Virus record (IMG/VR): IMGVR_UViG_3300021957_000018
Direction: 5' to 3' (one strand)
Source: an uncultured virus (IMG/VR IMGVR_UViG_3300021957_000018)
Taxonomy: Duplodnaviria; Heunggongvirae; Uroviricota; Caudoviricetes
Length of the DNA: 64,000 bases
The number at the start of each line of letters is the position of its first letter. Positions within the stretch are counted from its first letter, which is position 1. The notes under the pieces were generated by a model. That model searched no databases. It was not told the DNA's origin and was given only the letters and a program-made list of their open reading frames with translations. The translations under genes and the position numbers were made by a program. Of the stretch, positions 28,277 through 37,837 are shown in pieces.

Positions 28277-31200
28277 TTATGCGTAAGTATTGTTTATTGA
28301 TGTTCCAGTTGCTTCTACTGTGACCCTAGGGGTATAGTACTTAGTACCTGACCTTGTTTTAAATGTAAATGTAATAGTTGAACCATTTGCTGATGCCTCT
28401 ATATCAAAAGCATTTGTTCCTTCGTCTATAACTTTAACAGTATTCCATGTTCCGGAAACATTATAGCAGCTATAAACTACTTTTTGATATCCTCCATGTC
28501 CATAACAGGTAAATGTAAATCCTGCTGATGCTCCATTTGTTGCTGCGGTTAATCCTGCTACAGCGTATCCTGTAGTATCTAAAGATCCTGCTGATTTTGT
28601 ATATGTTACTTTTCCTCCTGCTGATATACCTCCTATTACATTAACACCTGTGCTTGTAGTTTCAAACTTTTTAGAGCCATTATAATATAATTGCACTTCA
28701 GCATCAGTAACAAACTTAGCCATAAACTCACTGTCAGTCTTTGTTATTCTAACATCAGTGCCATTTGTATCGATAGCTAACATACCAGTTCCCACATCTT
28801 GTATGAAACTATTACTTCCGTTGTGATATATCTGTAAATCATCATTAGTACCGAATAAACCTTTTACCGTATCTTGATGTTTAGTATCTCTAGTAAATGT
28901 AGTTTTAGTTATACCTCCATCAATAGTAAAGTACGTATGTAAAGTACCTCCGGTAGAAGTACCTTGGAATATAATGTCGTTAGCATTAGATTTATTTTTA
29001 ATGGTTAGATTACCTTTAACATTATCTATTACTCCGTTGTCCCCGTCCGAGTATATTTCTAAGTCTATGCCGTCGCCGAAAGAAGCCTTAACATTATCCT
29101 TAATTAATAGGTCTCTATTAAATTTTACTCTATTTAAACTTCCATCTAAACTAAAATAATCGACAAATCCTGCACTTCCGGATGCTTTAAATATTACATC
29201 GTGATTAGCAACTGTGTTTGAAATAGTTAAATTACTCGAGTAATTAGTAATACCGCCTCCTGTGTTGGAGTACATACCTATACCGGTACCGTTGTAGTAC
29301 GTTGTTCTATTGCTTGAATCTGTAGCTCTTAATCCCCCGTCATGTATATGAAGTTTATATTGCGGGGTTGTTGTACCAATACCTACGTTACCTGTTGAAC
29401 CTTGTATCAACATGTCTGTGGTGGTTCCTGTATTTGACACAGCATTAAAAGCCATGCTACTTGATATAGCGGATCTAGTTGCATATGCGGCTCCACCTTG
29501 TGCTATGGAAACCTTACCTGCAACTGCATTCCCTATTCCTCCTCTTAAATCTCCACTAAGTGATATATAAGCTCCATCGGTTAGAGACGTTCCACCCATT
29601 AATCTTAAGTCATAAGCATCATTATCTCTCCTAATACCTCTTGTTGCACCAATGTCTCTAATAGTAATGCTTCCGCTAACATCTAATTTATCTTTGGGTG
29701 TTGCATTGTGGAGGTACCCTGTTCCTATACCTAAGCTACCTGCTACTAATGACATTTCAGGGGTATTGTTTACCATAAAATGGTAAGTACTTCTATCGGT
29801 AGGGGTGTTAAATATGTAACCTCCTCCGGATATAGCCCCACCTACTCCGTCCATAAAAATTTCTCCAGTGGAAGTCCCACTTTGCATTCTTACCCTAGAT
29901 ATATGAGTGCTTTCTAGTTTAAGGTGTCCAACATTTGCTGTTGTTGTCTTTAAGTGTAATAGGTTTGCTGAATCTCCTGTAATACCTATACTACCTGTAA
30001 AGTCATGATTATCATCTGATGTATCCCCAAACTTAGTAGATCCTGAATCGTATATAATAGATGCACTAACAAATTCACTGTGGAACTGTTGAGCTGTAAT
30101 TGTACCTTGTACAACTAAATCACCTCTCATATCTACATCACCTCCTGTATTTACTCTAAAGTAATGTCCTGAGGCATCTTCTGCTCTTATTGCATAGTTA
30201 GTATCTTCTCTAATATCTAGTCTAGCGTTAGCTGAGGTATTATTTAATAATAAGTTACCATTGGCGTCAATTCTCATTGTTTCATCGCCAGTAGTCATTG
30301 TAGCACTATTATGGAAAGTAATAATACCAGATCCACCAGGACCGAACATTGTTTCGGATCCTGTTGACTTAATAATTACGTTACCTCCTTTTCTAAATAT
30401 ACCGTTGTTTTGTATTTCTCCGTTTACATCTAAAGTTCTTGACGGAGAAGAAGTATTGATACCTACTTGACCACCTTCATCAATAACAAATAAATTATTT
30501 CCATTATTAGATGTATCAATAGTAAGGTTATTATTACTATTTACATAGAACCTTACTACACCTTGATCAGCAGAAGAATCAGTTCCTCTTAATCTTAAAT
30601 CATTTGCAAAATCTACTCTACCGTGTACATCTAATTTTGCTCCCGGTGATGATGTTCCTATACCTACATTACCACCAGCATCAATAATCATTCTGGTTTG
30701 AGCAGAAGAATCTGTTATTGTAGATGTTTTAAATCTAAGCTCAGCCTCTGGTCCACTTGCTGCATCAACACTACTAAAGGCTTCAATCTCCGCTAATGTT
30801 CTGGCACCTGGTGAGGTTGTGTCCGATGTGTGGAATTGTAGTTTACCTAAGCTTACGTCATCCCAATCGCCTACGTTTAGGTTTCTTGTATCAGTAAGCC
30901 TGATTACTGGAGTGGTTCCAGCTACGTCTAATTTAGTTGCTGGTGTGGTCGTACCAATTCCAACGTTGCCTGTAAAATATGAATCTCCTGTTCCTAATAC
31001 CTTTAGTATACCGTTGTGTAACTGTAGATTAGTTGTTGCTCCATCTCTACCTATGTAAATTTCAGAAGCAGATGCTGGGAATATGTTTAAACCAGATGTC
31101 CAAGAATAAAATTTCCATTCAGTACCTGTAGCATCAGCTCTTTGAAGAGATAGTTGAGTTCCATCATTTCTTATGCTTAGTTTAGAACTAGGACTAGTAG

Positions 31201-34200
31201 TTCCGATACCTACATTACCTCCATTTAAATATGAAGTACCTCCTGATGCAATTTGTACATTTCTTGAAGTACCATCAGAACTATACATATCTAATCTTGA
31301 CGCATTTCCTGTGCCACCTATATGAAAGTCAAATCGTTTTTCACCATTAGAAGCTTTAAATCTTACATATCTATCAACATCATTAACTCCAGAGCTACCA
31401 CCGTAAACCTCAAATTTACTTGCAGGACTAGTCACCCCGAATCCGACGTTACCTGCTGTTGCTTCAGTTACAAGAGCGTACTTATTAGTTAGTGTTCCTG
31501 ATACAGAAGCACCGTCAATATAAGCACCGTAATAGGTTCCAATCTCAGAATTAACTGCTACTTCTGGTGCATCAATTCTCAAGCCATAAGCTTTAGATAC
31601 TGGACCTGATCCTACAGTAAATGTTGTAGAGACTTTACCGTAAAAGGCTGTTAAAGAACCACCGGCAGCTACATTGCTATAAACGTTATCAACATCAACT
31701 GTAGCAAGGGATTTAACGCCTATAAGATCAGATTGTCCTATCCTGTTATCACTAGAGATTTTAAAATTACCAGCAGTGGCGTCGGAATTATACCAACCAC
31801 GCCTATTAGTCTCTACATCTAATCCAGTTCTGGTGTTGCCATTTGCTGCTGCATTACCAGAACTGTATATTTTGTTGGTTATTAGATCTCCTGATGATGG
31901 TACCGAAGTGTCGCGTATATGTAATTTAGAACTCGGTGATGTTGTTCCGATACCTACATTACCGTTATTTTGAATTCGCATCTTTTCAGACGAATTGACT
32001 TGAAAAGATAATGGAGCAGTTGTAAGTGTTTTTAATTCTAATTTGTTTGTAGCATCTGCTCGAATACCTCCCATTACAGTTCCACTGTGGTCAACAAATA
32101 TGGAAGGGTAAGTATCTCTAGATACTATATCTCCCCTGGTTAGTAAATTTCCATTTACATCTAATTTTTCAGAAGGTGAAGTAGTTCCAATACCTACCTT
32201 ACTATTTGCTATATCAACATGAATAGTGCCGTCTGCTACTGCTTGATTAGAAGCATTACCAACAAACAATCTACCCTCATTTAGGTTAGGTGTTGCGTTA
32301 GTTCTACCTGCTCCTGATATTTTAATCGAACCAGCAGCATTATCTACTCTGGTTACTTTTGCTATTTTCTGTATTAACGATGATTCACCTGTTGGTGGTG
32401 TTGCTGTTAATTCTCCTGCTGAAGATGAAACATATAATTCGTCTCCTATAGTAAAACCTGAGGTGTCTATTCCTTTTAGTGTTCCAAAAGTGTATATGTC
32501 TGCCGTATTATTAAGAGACGCAGCTGTAGATGCTATACCAAAAGCAGGCATTTTATTTACATCATCAGCATCTGCTTTAGAAACGACTGTAGTATTTCCT
32601 GATATGCCTGATATATAAACTGCATCTCCTTTTGCTAAATCTTCTCCTGCTTTTGCTTTAAATAGAGAAGCTCCTCTTAAATCTCCTATGAATTCTTCTG
32701 CTTCTACACCTCCTACTACTGTCAGTTGAGTGTCATCCCAAGTAAAGTTAGCTGATCCTTCTAATGAATCTGTTCCATTAAAGTATGCTACTCTAGTATC
32801 TGCTCCTGATGTAATTGCTGAGACTGAACCTCCACCTCCTCCGGTGAATTCTATTATATTACCTGATGAATCAACTCCTAGTGTAGATTGTACTGTTCCT
32901 GTATGTGTACCTGAACCGTAAGATGGTAATCCTATCCTACCAGATGAGTTAATGGTAAATCTTTTTGCTGTATCTACATTGGTTGTACCTATAACAAAGT
33001 CACCTGTAGCAGCATCAAATCCGGCGGTGTATTTAGCTGTTCCTGCTTCAAAGAATTTTAGTTCAGCATCGTATCCGGTATCTCCATCAATTATTACTCT
33101 AGCGTCTGATCCTGTTGCTCTTATATGTAGTAGGTCTAAAGGATTGGTAGTCCCTATACCCACTTTACCGTTACCCTGTACTCTTAATACATTATTGTTA
33201 CCCCCCTCAGTACCTATGGATACAAAATCAGTAGATGATGCCGCTTGAATATAGATATCTCCATCTGTTCTCGATGAACGGTATGTTTCAGCATATATGT
33301 GGTTAGACTCTATATCCCCCTGTACATTTAATGACCCTGTAAAATCATGATTGTCATCAGAAGTATCTCCAAATTTGGTTGAACCTGATTCATACATTAT
33401 AGAAGCAGAAACAAATTCTGTATGAAACTCTTGTGCTGTTATAGTACCTGTTACTGTTAAATCACCGGTAACGCTTGTATCTGTTGATATATTAACTGTA
33501 TCTGCTAACTCTATATAGTTACTAGTATTAGCTCTATCATATACTTTACCATCCCCTCCTACATGTATACTGTTATTTGCATGGAAAGCATCGTCTGTTC
33601 TTAAAATATTTGATCCATCCCTAAATAAGGTAACATCACTTCCTAGAGCAAGTACTCCGGTATTTGATTTAATAGTACTAGAAAATGTTGCAAAACCTGT
33701 TGAAGACAATGTAAACCCTGTTGCTATAGTACCGGCATTACTTGTTCTGAATTTTAAGTTACTAGTGTTATTAGCTCCGTTAGTTTCTGCTACTATTGAT
33801 GAAAGTGTATTGTCTGCGTTATTTCCAAACCATACCGTTCCTATTGTATCTGTAGTGTTATTATTTGAATGTCTAAGAAATAACTCTGCTCCGTGGGCAT
33901 CTGCACCGTCACTTTTTATTTCTAGATGATTTCCGTTGACTTTTAATCCTCCTTCTAAATTTAATACTGCACTTTCTGAAACGTAGATGTTATCATTAAT
34001 GTATAAGTTTCTCCAATGTTTATCAGATCTACCTAAATCCATCGAGTCATTAACGTACGGAGAAGCACCACCTTCTAAAAGTATTTGTCCTCCTGAAACT
34101 GTAATTCCTAATACATCAGAATCTCTCCCTAACTTTATATGATTATTAAATGTTGAAGAAGAAACATGCAGTGTACTAGCAGGATTATTTGTTCCAATAC

Positions 34201-35635
34201 CAACCCTACCTGCCGAGGTTATTCTAACTCTCTCGGTATTATTTGTACCTAAAGTTAAATCATCTGCATTTGGTGTTTGAACTCCTCTAGAACCTGCTCC
34301 ATTACCCTGTAAGGTAAGACCTGAGAATCTGTCTAGTTTAGCATAGTTTACTCCTGATGCGTCTTTGGATATAATGCTACCATCTTGAACTGTAAGTTTC
34401 TCAGTAGGACTAGTGGTACCGATACCTACGTTTCCTCCTAATGGATTTAACGCTAGACTTCCTAAACTATTTGCTGCTATATCTGGGTGACCTACTTGTA
34501 TCCATGCTTTACGGTCATTTGCAGTTCCTGATGCGCCTAATGCAAGTGCGTTACTTACAGAGGCTCCTGTGATCATTAATCCAGCGTTACGATTCCAGTT
34601 ACTTGCAGCTGTTCCAGCAGTTGCTGTAAGAGAACTTATACCGTATGGAGCGTAGTTTACTTGAAGTTTATTAACAGGACTAGTAGTACCGATACCTACG
34701 TTGCTAGATGTATCGATACGCATTGCTTCATTTCCGTTCTGTAAAAATCTTAAATGTCTGTTTGCGACAGTGTCTAATGTTAATCCTTCGGAATCTGCGT
34801 CTACTGTACCGTAGTGGTTTGTAGAGTTAAAAAGCTTAAGTGCTCCGGTTGTTTTAATATTACCGCTAACTTCTAACTTATCGTTTGGATTATCCGTACC
34901 GATACCTACATTACCATCAGTATTAATAACAAAATCTTGACCGCCAGTGTACCTGGCTATTCTGAAATCATTATCTTGAGCGTAATTATGTTGTATAAGA
35001 AACGTATTAGGAGTAGTTATAGATGTGTCTGTGAATTTTATAAAACCAACATTTCCATGGTTTACATCTAAATAGGTATTACCTCCTCCTGTAATTGAAA
35101 CATCACCTACAACACTAAGCTTTTTTGCTGGATTGCTTGTGCCTATACCGACGTTACCGCCTGATTTAATTCGGAGTCTTTCTGTTCCTTCAGTCTGTAT
35201 CGCTAAAAAATTATCGGTATGGCTGTACCTTATTTGGTTAGCATATTCGGAAGCTGAACCGTCTACTACATCTGAGAATATTATATATGCGTTTCCTGTT
35301 GCAGATGTCAGAATATTCATTCCTGCTGCTCCATCTGAAGTTGAGCCTATATTAAGTTTATTACCTGACCAACCTTGTTGAGTACTGCCAATTGTTATAA
35401 TTCCGGCATTATCGTAAATAGTTGAATTAGATAATGTATCTGAATCAGACCATTTTGTTACGTAATTTGCGGTTCCTGAACCGTCTGGTGTGTTGTCTGT
35501 AAGGTTTGCAAGTGATCCTGAGATGGATCCCCAATCGTCTATTTTAACATCCGAGCCTGTAATACTCGTTGTTACATTAAGTGATTTTAAGTTAGCGTCC
35601 GATCCACTAACTATCAGTTTTTTCCAATTTGGCAT
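28277..35635 (-). CDS. Very long tail fibre protein with GNVGIGTTSP repeats
   Basis: 2452 aa with more than ten GNVGIGT-type repeats and two EFVSASI...GSTKFGD modules. Confidence 0.8.
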   Translation of the reverse strand: MPNWKKLIVSGSDANLKSLNVTTSITGSDVKIDDWGSISGSLANLTDNTPDGSGTANYVTKWSDSDTLSNSTIYDNAGIITIGSTQQGWSGNKLNIGSTSDGAAGMNILTSATGNAYIIFSDVVDGSASEYANQIRYSHTDNFLAIQTEGTERLRIKSGGNVGIGTSNPAKKLSVVGDVSITGGGNTYLDVNHGNVGFIKFTDTSITTPNTFLIQHNYAQDNDFRIARYTGGQDFVINTDGNVGIGTDNPNDKLEVSGNIKTTGALKLFNSTNHYGTVDADSEGLTLDTVANRHLRFLQNGNEAMRIDTSSNVGIGTTSPVNKLQVNYAPYGISSLTATAGTAASNWNRNAGLMITGASVSNALALGASGTANDRKAWIQVGHPDIAANSLGSLALNPLGGNVGIGTTSPTEKLTVQDGSIISKDASGVNYAKLDRFSGLTLQGNGAGSRGVQTPNADDLTLGTNNTERVRITSAGRVGIGTNNPASTLHVSSSTFNNHIKLGRDSDVLGITVSGGQILLEGGASPYVNDSMDLGRSDKHWRNLYINDNIYVSESAVLNLEGGLKVNGNHLEIKSDGADAHGAELFLRHSNNNTTDTIGTVWFGNNADNTLSSIVAETNGANNTSNLKFRTSNAGTIATGFTLSSTGFATFSSTIKSNTGVLALGSDVTLFRDGSNILRTDDAFHANNSIHVGGDGKVYDRANTSNYIELADTVNISTDTSVTGDLTVTGTITAQEFHTEFVSASIMYESGSTKFGDTSDDNHDFTGSLNVQGDIESNHIYAETYRSSRTDGDIYIQAASSTDFVSIGTEGGNNNVLRVQGNGKVGIGTTNPLDLLHIRATGSDARVIIDGDTGYDAELKFFEAGTAKYTAGFDAATGDFVIGTTNVDTAKRFTINSSGRIGLPSYGSGTHTGTVQSTLGVDSSGNIIEFTGGGGGSVSAITSGADTRVAYFNGTDSLEGSANFTWDDTQLTVVGGVEAEEFIGDLRGASLFKAKAGEDLAKGDAVYISGISGNTTVVSKADADDVNKMPAFGIASTAASLNNTADIYTFGTLKGIDTSGFTIGDELYVSSSAGELTATPPTGESSLIQKIAKVTRVDNAAGSIKISGAGRTNATPNLNEGRLFVGNASNQAVADGTIHVDIANSKVGIGTTSPSEKLDVNGNLLTRGDIVSRDTYPSIFVDHSGTVMGGIRADATNKLELKTLTTAPLSFQVNSSEKMRIQNNGNVGIGTTSPSSKLHIRDTSVPSSGDLITNKIYSSGNAAANGNTRTGLDVETNRRGWYNSDATAGNFKISSDNRIGQSDLIGVKSLATVDVDNVYSNVAAGGSLTAFYGKVSTTFTVGSGPVSKAYGLRIDAPEVAVNSEIGTYYGAYIDGASVSGTLTNKYALVTEATAGNVGFGVTSPASKFEVYGGSSGVNDVDRYVRFKASNGEKRFDFHIGGTGNASRLDMYSSDGTSRNVQIASGGTSYLNGGNVGIGTTSPSSKLSIRNDGTQLSLQRADATGTEWKFYSWTSGLNIFPASASEIYIGRDGATTNLQLHNGILKVLGTGDSYFTGNVGIGTTTPATKLDVAGTTPVIRLTDTRNLNVGDWDDVSLGKLQFHTSDTTSPGARTLAEIEAFSSVDAASGPEAELRFKTSTITDSSAQTRMIIDAGGNVGIGTSSPGAKLDVHGRVDFANDLRLRGTDSSADQGVVRFYVNSNNNLTIDTSNNGNNLFVIDEGGQVGINTSSPSRTLDVNGEIQNNGIFRKGGNVIIKSTGSETMFGPGGSGIITFHNSATMTTGDETMRIDANGNLLLNNTSANARLDIREDTNYAIRAEDASGHYFRVNTGGDVDMRGDLVVQGTITAQQFHSEFVSASIIYDSGSTKFGDTSDDNHDFTGSIGITGDSANLLHLKTTTANVGHLKLESTHISRVRMQSGTSTGEIFMDGVGGAISGGGYIFNTPTDRSTYHFMVNNTPEMSLVAGSLGIGTGYLHNATPKDKLDVSGSITIRDIGATRGIRRDNDAYDLRLMGGTSLTDGAYISLSGDLRGGIGNAVAGKVSIAQGGAAYATRSAISSSMAFNAVSNTGTTTDMLIQGSTGNVGIGTTTPQYKLHIHDGGLRATDSSNRTTYYNGTGIGMYSNTGGGITNYSSNLTISNTVANHDVIFKASGSAGFVDYFSLDGSLNRVKFNRDLLIKDNVKASFGDGIDLEIYSDGDNGVIDNVKGNLTIKNKSNANDIIFQGTSTGGTLHTYFTIDGGITKTTFTRDTKHQDTVKGLFGTNDDLQIYHNGSNSFIQDVGTGMLAIDTNGTDVRITKTDSEFMAKFVTDAEVQLYYNGSKKFETTSTGVNVIGGISAGGKVTYTKSAGSLDTTGYAVAGLTAATNGASAGFTFTCYGHGGYQKVVYSCYNVSGTWNTVKVIDEGTNAFDIEASANGSTITFTFKTRSGTKYYTPRVTVEATGTSINNTYA

Positions 35636-35647
35636 ATCTTCTTAATT

Positions 35648-35691
35648 ATGGTTGGTTACAGGATTGCCTGTCCACTTCCCTTGCGGGCCAA
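35648..35691 (-). promoter_or_regulatory. Structured 5' leader RNA (three-way junction, possible pseudoknot)
   Basis: UUGG-CCC(GCAA)GGG-AAGUGG-ACAGG(CAAU)CCUGU-AA-CCAA-CCAU. A GC-rich island between the promoter and the ATG. Confidence 0.6.
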
Positions 35692-35700
35692 TAATATACT

Positions 35701-35708
35701 TATAAATA
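35701..35708 (-). promoter_or_regulatory. Putative late promoter TATTTATA
   Basis: Octamer upstream of the leader RNA and the 2452-aa fibre gene. Confidence 0.6.
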
Positions 35709-35710
35709 GC

Positions 35711-35730
35711 AAAGGAGCCCGTAAGGCTCC
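35711..35730 (-). terminator. Probable intrinsic terminator
   Basis: GGAGCC-UUACG-GGCUCC-UUU directly after the 56-aa ORF. Confidence 0.65.
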
Positions 35731-35734
35731 GATG

Positions 35735-35905
35735 TTATTTTTTAATAGTTTTCAGATGGTTTGTTAATAGCGTCCACACTTTATAAAAATGCTCGAATTC
35801 ATGACCAGAGTAATTTGCTGATCGTAATTTTGTTAGAACAAATTCTAAATCTTCTTTAGTCAAGCCTTCTACAGCTTTTAACTTTTGTTTTGTAAGTATT
35901 CCCAT
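35735..35905 (-). CDS. Small hypothetical protein (56 aa)
   Basis: Below the ORF-track cutoff. MGILTKQKLKAVEGLTKEDLEFVLTKLRSANYSGHEFEHFYKVW..., followed by a terminator. Confidence 0.65.
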   Translation of the reverse strand: MGILTKQKLKAVEGLTKEDLEFVLTKLRSANYSGHEFEHFYKVWTLLTNHLKTIKK

Positions 35906-35924
35906 ATAACCAATGTACGAAATT

Positions 35925-36953
35925 TTATGCGTAAATCCAAATATCGTCAGAAGTATCTATCTTAATGTTACCTCTTTTGTCATATTCAGCTGGAGTTGTA
36001 GTGTATGCAGTAGAATGAGCTGTGTTATCTAGGTCTACTATAGCTGCTGCATATGCTGTTGTATTAGCAGTAGTTGCGTTTTGTGCTACTGATGCGTTAA
36101 ATCCCCATCTTGTATCTCCAGAGTCATATATGAATGCATGACCTGCTCCGGTTCCTTCATCTATAATTAAACCACCTTCGTCCGGATCTGCTGATCCAGA
36201 GTTAAGTAATACAAATCTATCTTCTACTAATAAGTTACTAGTATTTAATGTTGTTGTTGTTCCGTTGATTGTTAAATCACCGGTTACGATTAAATTGGTA
36301 CCTACAGTAACTGTTCCTGAGAATGTTCTATCGTCTACAATTGTACTTGGTAGTGTTATAGTGTATGAAGGTCCTGCTCCTAATGCTTGTGCTGCTGTTC
36401 CAGTTACTCCTATTTCACCTGTTGTACCGTTTAATGTAAAGTTGGTATTCCCTTCTACTGCTGTACCGGCTGTTGAACCGTAATCAACTGATAATGCTGT
36501 TCCAGCTCCACCGGATAAACCTGTTCCAGCAACGTCTGTGTTTAATTGAGTTTTTGTAATTCCTGCATCGTCAACTTTAAAAGATACTTTATTGTTCGAT
36601 ACTGTAGAGGTTATACTAGTTCCTCCTTCAAAGGTTAATGTATCGGTTAATAAGTTTAATGCATCTGTTCCGGTATCTCCAGCAAAATTAAGAGCAGTCG
36701 GTAACCCAGTTAATCCAGAACCATCTCCTTCAAACGAACCGCTAAATGATCCTGATAGAATTGAGGTTGCTCCTGTTGATGATATTGTTGAGCTTCCTAT
36801 ATTAAGAATAGATCCGTTATAACTTATTCCACTATTCTCTATTAGACCATTTGTACCTGCTATAAGTATCTGATCGTTAGTAAGTGTAGAGGATTTTATG
36901 GACGCTAAATGAGCATCAGATCCACTAACTATTATCTTTTTCCAATTTGCCAT
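35925..36953 (-). CDS. Short fibre-like virion protein
   Basis: 342 aa. N-terminus MANWKKIIVSGSDA is paralogous to that of the 2452-aa fibre. GDLTINGTTTTLN fibre motif. Confidence 0.65.
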   Translation of the reverse strand: MANWKKIIVSGSDAHLASIKSSTLTNDQILIAGTNGLIENSGISYNGSILNIGSSTISSTGATSILSGSFSGSFEGDGSGLTGLPTALNFAGDTGTDALNLLTDTLTFEGGTSITSTVSNNKVSFKVDDAGITKTQLNTDVAGTGLSGGAGTALSVDYGSTAGTAVEGNTNFTLNGTTGEIGVTGTAAQALGAGPSYTITLPSTIVDDRTFSGTVTVGTNLIVTGDLTINGTTTTLNTSNLLVEDRFVLLNSGSADPDEGGLIIDEGTGAGHAFIYDSGDTRWGFNASVAQNATTANTTAYAAAIVDLDNTAHSTAYTTTPAEYDKRGNIKIDTSDDIWIYA

Positions 36954-36976
36954 GGGTATCGTTTGTTTTTATATAT

Positions 36977-36984
36977 TATAAATA
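36977..36984 (-). promoter_or_regulatory. Putative late promoter TATTTATA
   Basis: Octamer upstream of the ATG at 36953. Confidence 0.6.
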
Positions 36985-36988
36985 TCAG

Positions 36989-37837
36989 TTAATTATGAAA
37001 GCCTAAGAAGAACTCATCCGACCCGCTATAAAACATTCCACCGCTTACTGCTGTTGGTGTATTATTCTGTGGAGAGAATTTTGCTGTTCCTTCTTCATTA
37101 AATTCAAATTTTAAATCTCCTCCTGATGATACAGTGATTTTGTCGTCAATTCCATCTAAAGATATGTCAAATGAACCAGTTACTTTTAAGTTATTTTCAG
37201 TGGAATAAAAAGAACCTGTTTGTGTAAATATTCCTATATTAGGATCTGTTGCTAATGTTTTCCCTATGTACTGATACACTGTGATGTATACTTTTTGATT
37301 CGATGTTGGTTTATTTTGATCAAACTGCAATACACCTGTTTTGTAGTCAAATTGATAGTCATTAATAGATACTTTATCGCTGCCAACAAAACTGCCGCTA
37401 TTAATAGAAGTTGATTTATATACCACTACGTTATAACCCGGTGTTATATCTTCTGTTCCAGCGTTAGTTAGTTCCGATGTTGAGTACTTACTTGATATAA
37501 AATCTGTTTTTTGATTAGCATTAATAATTTGAGGAGTGACTCCTGTATCGCTTCCTGTTGGTGTTATGAAGAACCATACGTCTGTATCTAAATTTGATTT
37601 AGTTAGTCTTTGTCTATACCAGTACTTAATAACACTGTCTTGGGCATTTCCATTTTGACTGCTGCCACTAAATGGTAGTCCAGTAGAAGGAACTAAATGA
37701 TCTTCAGTGTATACATCCGCACTTGATATATCTAACGTAGAAGTAAATGCTTCTTGCTGCATAGATAAGTCATCACTGGTAAATCTCCTACCTAGTAGTA
37801 ACCTTAATGCTTTTTTTGTGTTATCTATAAATCCCAT
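36989..37837 (-). CDS. Virion structural protein (unknown)
   Basis: 282 aa, coupled to the upstream gene by a TAATG overlap. YQFDYKTGVLQF motif. Confidence 0.6.
   Translation of the reverse strand: MGFIDNTKKALRLLLGRRFTSDDLSMQQEAFTSTLDISSADVYTEDHLVPSTGLPFSGSSQNGNAQDSVIKYWYRQRLTKSNLDTDVWFFITPTGSDTGVTPQIINANQKTDFISSKYSTSELTNAGTEDITPGYNVVVYKSTSINSGSFVGSDKVSINDYQFDYKTGVLQFDQNKPTSNQKVYITVYQYIGKTLATDPNIGIFTQTGSFYSTENNLKVTGSFDISLDGIDDKITVSSGGDLKFEFNEEGTAKFSPQNNTPTAVSGGMFYSGSDEFFLGFHN

Noticed and set aside
23942..35635. GNVGIGTTSP repeats as a novel DNA repeat system
   Set aside because: They are degenerate at the DNA level and are a familiar protein repeat of phage fibre proteins.
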